Source: an uncultured Desulfobacterales bacterium (GTDB lineage: Bacteria > Desulfobacterota > Desulfobacteria > Desulfobacterales > C00003060). From it: a stretch of 42,531 nt of DNA. Positions 9,506-17,540 of the stretch are shown piece by piece. The translations under genes and the position numbers were made by a program. A model generated the notes under the pieces. The model was not told where the DNA came from and searched no databases. It saw only the letters and a list, made by a program, of their open reading frames with translations. The stretch covers positions 1 through 42,531 of the forward strand of contig CAZHHS010000001.1 in NCBI GenBank assembly GCA_964532395.1. Direction: 5' to 3'. Every line of letters starts with the position of its first letter. Position 1 is the first letter of the stretch.

Positions 9506-11599
9506 ATGGTTACCATCAATGTAGACGGCAAAGATATTCAAGCGGAAGCCGGTGCCACCGTCCTGGAGGCATGTCTCGGTGCAGGCATTTATATTCCCAA
9601 TTTATGTTACCATCCGGACTTAGAGCCGTTGGGGGCGTGCCGGCTCTGCGTGGTGGAAATCGACGGCATGAGAGGTTTACCGCCGTCGTGCACTGTTCAG
9701 GCCACGGAGGGGATGCTCGTTCGAACGGATACGGAAAAACTGAGGCAACTGCGACAGGATCTGATATGGTTGCTCCTTACCGAATGTCCCGAAGACGGGT
9801 TGCGAGAAGGAACCCAGTTCAAGAAGGTCGTCGATTATATCGGTTTTAGAGATGTACTGCCCGGGTTCGTTCCTGAACGAAAGCAGGTTCCCGTACACGA
9901 AGATGACCCCCTGTTTATCCGGGATCTTAATTTGTGTATTCTCTGCGGGCGCTGTCATCGGGCCTGCAAAGAGATTAGAGGCATCAGCGCCATCGGCCTG
10001 GCCAATCGGGGTATTAAAAGTTATGTGGCTACCAGTTATGATAGGCCGTTGCGGGAAACGGTGTGCCGTTTTTGTGGGGCATGTGTGGAAGTGTGTCCGA
10101 CCGGGGCTTTGCGAGAAAAAGAGCCGGTGGATGCCCAAAATCGTGAAAAGACCCTGGTTCCTTGTCGGGTGGCCTGTCCCGCCGGTATCGATGTGCCCCG
10201 GTATGTCAACCTGATCGCCGAGCAACGGTATCAAGATGCGTTGAACGTCATTCGGGAAAAGGTGCCGTTTCCCTTGTCGTTGGGGTGCGTGTGCCCGCAT
10301 CCGTGTGAGGACGTCTGCCGCCGTCGTGAAGTCAATGAAGCTATCTGCATTAAGGATCTCAAGCGATATGTGGCCGAGATCGATTCCGGCGATTGGAAGG
10401 ACAAGATAACGGTGAACCCTGATACCGGTAAGCATGTGGCCATTGTCGGGAGTGGTCCGGCCGGGTTGACGGCTGCATGGTTTTTGAGAAAAAAGGGACA
10501 CGACGTTGTCGTCTATGAAATGGGCCCTAAAGCGGGCGGGATGATGCGAGCGGGTATTCCGCCCTACCGGTTGCCCGATGAGGCGTTGGATGGCGAGATT
10601 CAAGCCATCGTCGAATTGGGCGTCGCAATAAGAACGAATACCAAGATCGAATCGGTGGACCGTCTCTTTCAGGAAGGGGCGGATGCGGTTTTTTTGGCAC
10701 CCGGTGCCCCCAAGGGTATTCAGATGAACATTCCGGGCGGTGACTCTCCTCGTGTGCTTGACGGCATTGACGTCCTTTATCAGATCAATTTAGGGAGAAA
10801 CGTTGAATTGGGACAATCCGTTGCCGTGGTCGGCGGGGGTAATGTAGCGGTGGATGTGTCTCGCAGTCTGCTCAGAATCGGGGTGCCGAATGTGACCCTT
10901 TTGTATCGGCGTACCCGCGAGGAAATGCCCGCATTCACCCATGAGATCGACGCAGCCCAGGAAGAAGGGGTGACGTTCCGTTACCTTACGGCTCCGGTAG
11001 CGGTTGCGCAGTCAAACGGTCAAATCAACGTCGACTGCATACATATGGAATTGGGGACTCCGGATGCCAGTGGCCGACGAAAGCCGATTCCCGTGGAAGG
11101 GTCTCGGTTCGGGTTGGAACTCGACTATTTGATTATGGCGATCGGGCAGCGTTCGGAAATACCCGCAAGCCTGTGTGCGGACACGGATGATCGGGGACGA
11201 ATACGAACCGAAGGGAGTGAGGCATCGGCTTGTAAGCGGCCCGGTCTCTTTGCCGGTGGAGATGTCGTAACCGGTCCGGCCACGGTGGTGGGAGCGATAA
11301 AGCAGGGACAGGCAGCGGCTGTGGACATTGACAAATACTTGGGTGGAACCGGAGAGATATTTGAGCCCATTGCGCCCATCGAAACGCCGGACGGCTGCTT
11401 GGGGACCGTTGACGACTTTTCGGCTCTGGCCAGAGCGAAGGTGCATACCATCCCCGTCGATCAAAGATTAAGTCCATCATTTCCTGAAGTGGAAGCCGTT
11501 TTTGACGAAAAGACCGCTCGGTCGGAAGCGAATCGCTGCCTGCGTTGCGGGTTGCGGCTTCTGATAAATCAGCCCCCTGAACCGCCCAAACCGGCGTGA
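9506..11599 (+). CDS. fusion of NuoG/HydA-N-terminal FeS domains with GltD/NfnB-like FAD-NAD(P)H oxidoreductase (StnC-like)
   Basis: 697 aa. N-terminal [2Fe-2S] (CYHPDLEPLGACRLC), the CILCGRCHRAC region and CRFCGACVEVCP. The GltD module follows: CRVACPAGIDVPRY...CPHPCEDVC, FAD loop VAIVGSGPAGLTAA and NAD(P)H loop VAVVGGGNVAVD. Confidence 0.8.
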   Translation: MVTINVDGKDIQAEAGATVLEACLGAGIYIPNLCYHPDLEPLGACRLCVVEIDGMRGLPPSCTVQATEGMLVRTDTEKLRQLRQDLIWLLLTECPEDGLREGTQFKKVVDYIGFRDVLPGFVPERKQVPVHEDDPLFIRDLNLCILCGRCHRACKEIRGISAIGLANRGIKSYVATSYDRPLRETVCRFCGACVEVCPTGALREKEPVDAQNREKTLVPCRVACPAGIDVPRYVNLIAEQRYQDALNVIREKVPFPLSLGCVCPHPCEDVCRRREVNEAICIKDLKRYVAEIDSGDWKDKITVNPDTGKHVAIVGSGPAGLTAAWFLRKKGHDVVVYEMGPKAGGMMRAGIPPYRLPDEALDGEIQAIVELGVAIRTNTKIESVDRLFQEGADAVFLAPGAPKGIQMNIPGGDSPRVLDGIDVLYQINLGRNVELGQSVAVVGGGNVAVDVSRSLLRIGVPNVTLLYRRTREEMPAFTHEIDAAQEEGVTFRYLTAPVAVAQSNGQINVDCIHMELGTPDASGRRKPIPVEGSRFGLELDYLIMAIGQRSEIPASLCADTDDRGRIRTEGSEASACKRPGLFAGGDVVTGPATVVGAIKQGQAAAVDIDKYLGGTGEIFEPIAPIETPDGCLGTVDDFSALARAKVHTIPVDQRLSPSFPEVEAVFDEKTARSEANRCLRCGLRLLINQPPEPPKPA

Positions 11600-11901
11600 T
11601 GACCGAAATCGGATTCCCCGGTCATCTCTCGTGTCATACATATTGTTGAGTGCTTACCCGAACCTCACACCAAACTGGGAAACAGGCGTTTCCGCAAGCC
11701 TTCTTATACGAATGCGGTTATCTACAAAGTGCAAGTCCGGGATTGGGCCTTCTCGTGGCAAGTACTTGGGTATTGTGGATAACCGCATATACTCGAGTAG
11801 GTTCTCCGTGGGTGCGCCGAGGGCGTTTGATCAAACATTTTTACAATGAAGCTATCGGTTCGAAGCGACCGTTATAGGTGTTCGGGATAGGAGGCCCGGC
11901 C

Positions 11902-14259
11902 ATGGAAGAAAGCAAGATTATCAATGTGGCCATTGTCGGTGGCGGACCAGGCTGCAAAGCCATTATGGACATGATATTTGCCGCCAAACTCAGCCAGCTT
12001 CGTATGAACTTGATCGGTGTGGCCTGCACAAACCCGAAGGCCGTCGGCTACCTCTATGCGAAGGAAAAGGGCATATACACGACCACCGATTACAGGGACT
12101 TGTACGAGTTGTCCGAACTGAGCATGATCATTGAACTCACCGGCCGGGGGGAAGTTGCCAACGAGATCTATCGAACGAAGCCGGACCGGATACGGGTGAT
12201 GGGAAACGTGGCGGCTCGCCTCTTTTGGGATGTGTTTCAAATCGAAGAAGAGCGGATTGAAGAACGGCGGCGGGCGGAAAGAGAATCGCGGGAAAGGGAG
12301 GAGCACCTGCAGGCCATCCTGGACTCCATTCAGACGGGTGTTTTGCTCATTGATGCGGAGACCCACGAGATTGTTGAAACCAATCCCTTGGCATGTCGAT
12401 TGATCGGCCGGGACAAGGAAGAGATCATCGGGCACATATGTCACGAATTCGTATGTCCGGCGAAGCGGGGTAAATGTCCCATCACCGATATGGGACAACA
12501 AATGGACAACTCAGAAAATGTGCTGCTCACATCCGACAAGGGCCGGTTGTCCATTATCAAAACCGTTGTGCCCGTTTTCTTCGAGGGCAAACGGCATCTG
12601 TTGGAGAGTTTTCTGGATATCACGGAAAGAAAAAAGGTCGAGGATGAGTTGCGGGAAAGCCAAGAAAGGTATTACACGGTTCTGGAGGCTTGTCCCGACC
12701 CCGTCGTGGTTTACGACATGAAAGGACGGGGTACCTATATCAACCCGGCTTTTACGAGGGTGTTCGGATGGACCCCGGGAGAAATCCTGGGGATGAAATT
12801 GCAATATGTGCCGAAAGAGAACTGGCCGGAAACAAAAATGATGATCGACAAGGTGCTGGCGGGGGAGAGCTTTACCGGGGTGGAAAGCCGTCGGTATACC
12901 AAGGCGGGGAATATCCTGGACGTCAGTATCAGTGCCGCGATCTATATGGGGCGCGACGGGGGGCCTGCGGGCAGTGTTCATATCCTGCGGGACATCACTG
13001 ATCGAAAGCTGGTAGAAGAGGCCTTGAAAAAGGCGCATGACACCTTGGAAAGACGGGTGTCCGAGCGTACACGTGAACTGGCGGAGACAACGAACCAGTT
13101 GAGAGAAGAACTCCTGGAACGGCAACGCACGGAAGAGGCCTTGAGAGAGAGTGAAGAGCGGTTTCGTGTTCTGAGTGCCGAGTTGGATTCCGGCCTGTCG
13201 GAGGTATTTGAGGCGTTAGAAGAGATTTCATCAGGCAATCCCGAGGTTCGGATACCGGAAGAGTCATCCCTCCCATCGATTTCCGAATTAAAGCATACGG
13301 TAAACCTCACAGCAAAGAGCCTTACGGAAATCGTAGATTTGTCGCATGAATTCGCCATAGGATTAGCCGAACACTTTGAAAAACTGGACCGGGTTTGCAA
13401 AGGAGATCTTTCGGCACGAATATCCGGCGTCTCCAGGGTGGAGATATTGGAATCGCTACGAAAGGTAACCAACCTGATGATCGAAAGCGTTTCCAGGGAA
13501 CTGTCCGAGCGTAAACGAACGGAAAAAGCCCTGCGCCGGGCACAAGCCGATTATGAAGCCAAGGCTCAGGCGTTAAAGACGGCAAACGAAGAGCTGTCAC
13601 AATATGCCTATGTGGTGTCCCATGACCTGAAGGCCCCACTGCGTGCCATTCACAGCTATGGCGATTTTCTGCGAGAAGACCTTGAGGGCTCGCTGGGTCC
13701 CGACCAGGAAATGTATCTCAACGGCCTTAATCGGGCCATTCGGCAAGGCGAAGAGCTGGTAGACGATCTCTTGGAGTTTTCCAGGGTGGGTAAACGGCGC
13801 GGACCCATAGAGGCCGTCGACCTGGGTGAGTTTTTCAAGGATCTGGTTCTCACCCTTGACCTGCCTTCAGACGTTGATGTATATATAGCCGAGGATTTTC
13901 CTGAGATCGAGGCTGATGTGACGTTGCTTCGCCAGATCTTTCGAAATCTCATCATCAATGCCGTAAAGTTCAACCATTCGGAGAAAAAGCATGTTGAGTT
14001 GGGTTGGCGTGATCGCAAGGACACCTATGAGCTTACCGTGCGAGATAACGGCATCGGAATCGATCCCCAGTACGCAGAACAAATATTCCGCGTCTTTCAA
14101 AGACTCCATACCCGAAAGGAGTATGACGGAACGGGGCTTGGTTTGGCCATCGTTAAAAAGGCTGTGCTCAAGTTGAACGGTACGGTGGGGGTGGAATCGG
14201 CCCCGGGTAAAGGAAGCACGTTCTTCGTAACCCTACCGCAGACCCAGAGGAGAGAATAG
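11902..14259 (+). CDS. soluble multi-PAS sensor histidine kinase with Rossmann-like N-terminal domain
   Basis: 785 aa from ATG 11902, with AGGAGG at 11888-11893, and no TM segments. It has two PAS-like blocks and coiled-coil linkers. H-box YVVSHDLKAPLRAI, and HATPase N/G boxes (NLIINAVKF, DNGIGI, GTGLGLAIV). Confidence 0.85.
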   Translation: MEESKIINVAIVGGGPGCKAIMDMIFAAKLSQLRMNLIGVACTNPKAVGYLYAKEKGIYTTTDYRDLYELSELSMIIELTGRGEVANEIYRTKPDRIRVMGNVAARLFWDVFQIEEERIEERRRAERESREREEHLQAILDSIQTGVLLIDAETHEIVETNPLACRLIGRDKEEIIGHICHEFVCPAKRGKCPITDMGQQMDNSENVLLTSDKGRLSIIKTVVPVFFEGKRHLLESFLDITERKKVEDELRESQERYYTVLEACPDPVVVYDMKGRGTYINPAFTRVFGWTPGEILGMKLQYVPKENWPETKMMIDKVLAGESFTGVESRRYTKAGNILDVSISAAIYMGRDGGPAGSVHILRDITDRKLVEEALKKAHDTLERRVSERTRELAETTNQLREELLERQRTEEALRESEERFRVLSAELDSGLSEVFEALEEISSGNPEVRIPEESSLPSISELKHTVNLTAKSLTEIVDLSHEFAIGLAEHFEKLDRVCKGDLSARISGVSRVEILESLRKVTNLMIESVSRELSERKRTEKALRRAQADYEAKAQALKTANEELSQYAYVVSHDLKAPLRAIHSYGDFLREDLEGSLGPDQEMYLNGLNRAIRQGEELVDDLLEFSRVGKRRGPIEAVDLGEFFKDLVLTLDLPSDVDVYIAEDFPEIEADVTLLRQIFRNLIINAVKFNHSEKKHVELGWRDRKDTYELTVRDNGIGIDPQYAEQIFRVFQRLHTRKEYDGTGLGLAIVKKAVLKLNGTVGVESAPGKGSTFFVTLPQTQRRE

Positions 14260-14261
14260 CC

Positions 14262-14741
14262 ATGAACGATAAACGTTTTGTGGTGCTCTTGGCTGAGGAT
14301 GACGAGCATGATATTGCCGCCATTAAAAGGGCTTGGGCCAAACATCATGTGGCCAATCCCCTTTACATTGTCAATGACGGGGAGGCATGTCTCGATTTTC
14401 TCTATCGGCGGGGGCAATACAGTGACCCGAAAATTGCACCCCGGCCGGGTATTCTGCTGTTGGACATACAGATGCCGAAGCTCGACGGGCTTTCCGTCTT
14501 GAAACAAGTCCGTGACGATCCGCAACTGCGACTGCTTCCCGTGGTAATACTGACAACCTCTAAGGCGGAAGAGGACCGACTCAAGAGCTATGACCTGGGG
14601 GCCAATGCCTACATCGTAAAGCCGGTTGGATTTGAGAACTTTTCCCGTGCAGTAAGGACGATCAATCTTTTTTGGCAATTGGTCGAACTTCCGGATCCAG
14701 GCGATGAGTACGACCCACACAAAGACCGTGTCGCCCATTAG
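14262..14741 (+). CDS. single-domain response regulator (CheY/Rcp1-like receiver)
   Basis: 159 aa. Acidic pocket LLAEDDEHD, phospho-acceptor LLLDIQMPKLDG, TTS and KP (YIVKP) motifs. No output domain. Confidence 0.85.
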   Translation: MNDKRFVVLLAEDDEHDIAAIKRAWAKHHVANPLYIVNDGEACLDFLYRRGQYSDPKIAPRPGILLLDIQMPKLDGLSVLKQVRDDPQLRLLPVVILTTSKAEEDRLKSYDLGANAYIVKPVGFENFSRAVRTINLFWQLVELPDPGDEYDPHKDRVAH

Positions 14742-15951
14742 AATTGTATTGGTGGAAGACGACGAGCACGACCAGGTGGCGTTTTACCGTGCCTTTGAGC
14801 GGGGGCGGGTTGATTGCCGGGTAATTACCTATGAGCGGGCCAAAGAAGCCTTCGACAAGATTCATCGCCACCCATCTGCTTGTGATATCGCCGTGATCGA
14901 CCATGGGCTGCCGGGAATGTCGGGCTTGGCCCTGTGCGAAGCCCTCATTGCGGAGAAAAGCGCCGTGCCGCTGGTAATCTTGACGGGCCAAGGTTCGGAA
15001 CAACTGGCCGTCGAGGCCCTGAAAATGGGTGTGGACGACTACATCGTAAAAGATTCCCAGGGACACTACCTCGACTTACTGCCGATCGTCATTCCCTCCA
15101 TTTTGCAAAACCACCATGACCGACTGGCCCGAAAAGAAGCGGAACGGGCATTGCAGGTGGCTTACGATGAGCTTGAAGCCCGAGTGGAAGCACGCACCAT
15201 GGAGTTGGCGGAAAAGACCCGGCAACTTAGTGCGGAACTCGACAAGCGTATGCAGGCGGAGCGGGAGGTCAGACACCTTTCCAGGCAGCTGATCAAGGCC
15301 ACCGAGGAGGAAAGAAAACGGCTGGCCCGAGACCTTCACGATGAATTCGGTCAGGCCTTAACGGCATTGCACTTCAGCATGGAGTCGCTTCAGCGTTCCT
15401 TGCCCCGAGAACTCACGGTCCATCACGACAAGTGTCAAGAACTGGTCGGCCTCATAGAGGCTTTGGGGGACAGTGCCAGACGCATATCGGCGGAGCTTCG
15501 CCCCGATATGTTGGATCATCTGGGGCTGATTCCCACATTGGAATCTTATGTTCGCGATTTTGCAGAACGGTTCCCGGGGGTGCAGGTGGATTTTCAAGCC
15601 AGCGGTGTGCGGAAACGGCCTCCTCCCGAGGTCGGTATTGTCCTGTACCGGATTCTCCAAGAGGCCCTCAACAATATCGCTAAACATGCCCGGGCGGAAA
15701 AGGTGAAAGTGCTGGTGGCTTACAGCTATCCCAATTTTATCCTGACCGTGGAAGACGATGGCGTCGGGTTTGATCCCGCGGCCTATAATAGCGGCTATAG
15801 GGGTGAACATCGAGGGGCCGGATTGCTGGGTATGCGAGAGCGCGTCGGAATTGTGGGCGGGACCATCAACATTCAGTCGACGCAGAACAAGGGCACCTTC
15901 ATTCGCCTAGAGATTCCCGTACCCAACGACCGTACGGAGGATGAATCGTGA
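14704..15951 (+). CDS. hybrid receiver-histidine kinase (REC + HisKA_3/NarX-DegS-type + HATPase)
   Basis: 415 aa. REC motifs VLVEDDEHD, AVIDHGLPGMSG and YIVKD. HisKA_3 H-box LARDLHDEFGQAL, and ATPase boxes LNNIAKHA, DDGVGF and GAGLLGMRERV. It overlaps the previous gene by 38 nt. Confidence 0.85.
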   Translation: MSTTHTKTVSPIRIVLVEDDEHDQVAFYRAFERGRVDCRVITYERAKEAFDKIHRHPSACDIAVIDHGLPGMSGLALCEALIAEKSAVPLVILTGQGSEQLAVEALKMGVDDYIVKDSQGHYLDLLPIVIPSILQNHHDRLARKEAERALQVAYDELEARVEARTMELAEKTRQLSAELDKRMQAEREVRHLSRQLIKATEEERKRLARDLHDEFGQALTALHFSMESLQRSLPRELTVHHDKCQELVGLIEALGDSARRISAELRPDMLDHLGLIPTLESYVRDFAERFPGVQVDFQASGVRKRPPPEVGIVLYRILQEALNNIAKHARAEKVKVLVAYSYPNFILTVEDDGVGFDPAAYNSGYRGEHRGAGLLGMRERVGIVGGTINIQSTQNKGTFIRLEIPVPNDRTEDES

Positions 15952-16607
15952 GAGTTTTGCTTGCAGACGACCACGTGATCGTTCGGGAAGGACTCAAGAA
16001 ACTCCTGGACGGCGAGCCGGACATCACGGTCGTGGGTGAGGCGGCGGATGGCATCGAGGCCTTGGAAAAGGCCAAGGCCTCACGTCCCGATGTGGTTGTA
16101 ATCGATATTACCATGCCCCGGCTCAGTGGGTTAGAAGCGGTTCCCTTGATTAAAGAGGCCCTGTCCGATGTGAAGATCGTGGTTCTGTCCATGCATAAAC
16201 GTGAGGCTTATGTCCATCAAGTATTTAGTTCGGGAGCCCTGGCCTACGTCCTCAAGGCGTCGTCCAGCGACGAAATCTTGGAGGCGGTTCGGACGGCATA
16301 TCGAGGAGAGTATTTCCTGTCTTCAAAAATCAGGTCGGACGTGATCAATGTTTACTTGAAATCGGATCGGGAAAAGCCTGTCGTCCGCGGCTATGACCTG
16401 CTTTCCGAACGAGAGCAGCAGGTGTTTCGCTTGGTCGTGGAGGGAAATTCCACGGATACAATCGCCGATATCCTATGCATAAGCCCCAAAACCGTTGAGA
16501 AGCACCGGTCCAGTGTGATGAAGAAGCTTGACATTCATGACGTCCTAGGGCTGATCAAGTATGCCGTAAAGGTGGGCATCGTGGATCCGGAGCTTTGGCA
16601 GGATTGA
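15948..16607 (+). CDS. NarL/FixJ-family response regulator (REC + LuxR-type HTH)
   Basis: 219 aa. GTG start overlaps the upstream TGA stop. REC motifs VLLADDH, VVIDITMPRLSG and VLSMH. C-terminal LSEREQQVFRLVVEGNSTDTIADILCISPKTVEKHRSSVMKKL. Confidence 0.9.
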   Translation: MRVLLADDHVIVREGLKKLLDGEPDITVVGEAADGIEALEKAKASRPDVVVIDITMPRLSGLEAVPLIKEALSDVKIVVLSMHKREAYVHQVFSSGALAYVLKASSSDEILEAVRTAYRGEYFLSSKIRSDVINVYLKSDREKPVVRGYDLLSEREQQVFRLVVEGNSTDTIADILCISPKTVEKHRSSVMKKLDIHDVLGLIKYAVKVGIVDPELWQD

Positions 16608-16837
16608 TCCCCTTCGAAGGCAAAAATTCCTACCTCCAAATGGGGGGAGCGCCCCATTGCATCTTTGAAAAACCTCAAAGTATAGTCAAAAGTAAGATGG
16701 TTTATTCCCCACACACCGGACAATGCCAGCGCTGTCCACCGGGGATATGAGGTGTTTCCCAGCCTTTCCAGCCACCGGGGCCACAAAAAGCGACAGTTTG
16801 GGAAGCGTCCAGCCCAATTGCCAGGGAGGGGGCATTG

Positions 16838-17263
16838 ATGAGAAGACAAGCCGAAAAAGAGGGAAAAAATCTTCGGACCGAACGACGTCACTACGAACGA
16901 CTGGCGGTACAAGACGGCGCATTCGCGTCACTGAGACCACACTTTGCCATTATCGGACAGATCGTCAACATCAGTCAAGGAGGAGTGGCCTTCCGCTATG
17001 TCGCCAGCGTGCCCCGAACCCCGGAAACCAATCGGCTTGACATCGTGCTCACCGACGGCAGTTTTTGTATAGAAAAGCTCAATTTCAGAAGCGTTTGGGA
17101 CGTTCCCACACCCCAGGAGTTTGCTTGCGGTCTCATAACCTATCGCCATTGCGGTGTGGAATGGGGAAAGCTTGATCCGTCGCAAAAAGCCGATCTGGGC
17201 TATTTTATGAAATGCTATACCACCGATGGCTCCCATGATGCGTTTTTGGCGTCCATACATTAA
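16838..17263 (+). CDS. PilZ-domain protein (putative c-di-GMP receptor)
   Basis: 141 aa. RRHYER (RxxxR) and NISQGG ((D/N)xSxxG) lie at the expected spacing. Confidence 0.65.
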   Translation: MRRQAEKEGKNLRTERRHYERLAVQDGAFASLRPHFAIIGQIVNISQGGVAFRYVASVPRTPETNRLDIVLTDGSFCIEKLNFRSVWDVPTPQEFACGLITYRHCGVEWGKLDPSQKADLGYFMKCYTTDGSHDAFLASIH

Positions 17264-17347
17264 GCACCTACCCCACATCGGCGTCCACGTCGTCGTTCGG
17301 GCCTGATCGTCCGTCATAGATCGTAGATCGCCTTGCGAAGCCGGGAG

Positions 17348-17366
17348 TTCTCCGACAGGCTCCTAG
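17348..17366. repeat. 19-nt exact repeat TTCTCCGACAGGCTCCTAG (copy 2)
   Basis: Identical to 4864-4882. It directly abuts the candidate UAS at 17367-17382. Confidence 0.8.
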
Positions 17367-17382
17367 CGGCAGATTTTTGCCC
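17367..17382. promoter_or_regulatory. candidate enhancer (UAS) palindrome CGGCAGATTTTTGCCC, GGCA-N6-TGCC core
   Basis: Its reverse complement GGGCAAAAATCTGCCG matches 21748-21763 (GGGCAAAAAACTGCCG) at 15 of 16 positions. Its centre lies about 96 bp upstream of the GG of the sigma-54 promoter at 17469. Confidence 0.55.
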
Positions 17383-17468
17383 ATTCTATACATCCTCCCT
17401 TTGGCGGCCGTTTTTTAAAAGTTCCCGTGAAGTCATATGTTTAAGCTCTTTTTTTATCGTGAGCTTGG

Positions 17469-17484
17469 TGGCACGTGGCTTGCT
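17469..17484 (+). promoter_or_regulatory. sigma-54 (-24/-12) promoter
   Basis: TGGCACgtggcTTGCT is a perfect match to TGGCAC-N5-TTGCW. It lies 57 nt upstream of the CBS gene ATG at 17541. Confidence 0.75.
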
Positions 17485-17540
17485 TTGTCCTCCCTACAGC
17501 GAGGGAGTATTCATTCGGGCTTGGTAACGGGAGACGCCAT

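Noticed and set aside
9677-10603. 308-aa ORF antisense to the StnC-like gene. Similar long antisense or shadow ORFs occur at 1704-2336, 23782-24687, 28704-29294 and 39657-40337.
   Set aside because: All lie entirely inside strongly supported genes on the opposite strand. They have Arg/Gly/Pro/His-rich composition typical of shadow frames in GC-moderate DNA and no recognisable motifs.
9506-11599. The StnC-like protein and the RnfB fusion are both exactly 697 aa, which raised the question of a recent gene duplication
   Set aside because: The N-terminal halves are unrelated: NuoG-type FeS domains versus membrane-anchored RnfB. The shared GltD-like halves are only moderately similar, and I see no extended stretches of nucleotide identity. 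The equal length is coincidental.
11631-11877. 72- and 75-aa ORFs in the intergenic gap before the kinase gene
   Set aside because: Neither has a ribosome-binding site or recognisable motifs. They overlap each other in different frames, and their composition looks non-coding.
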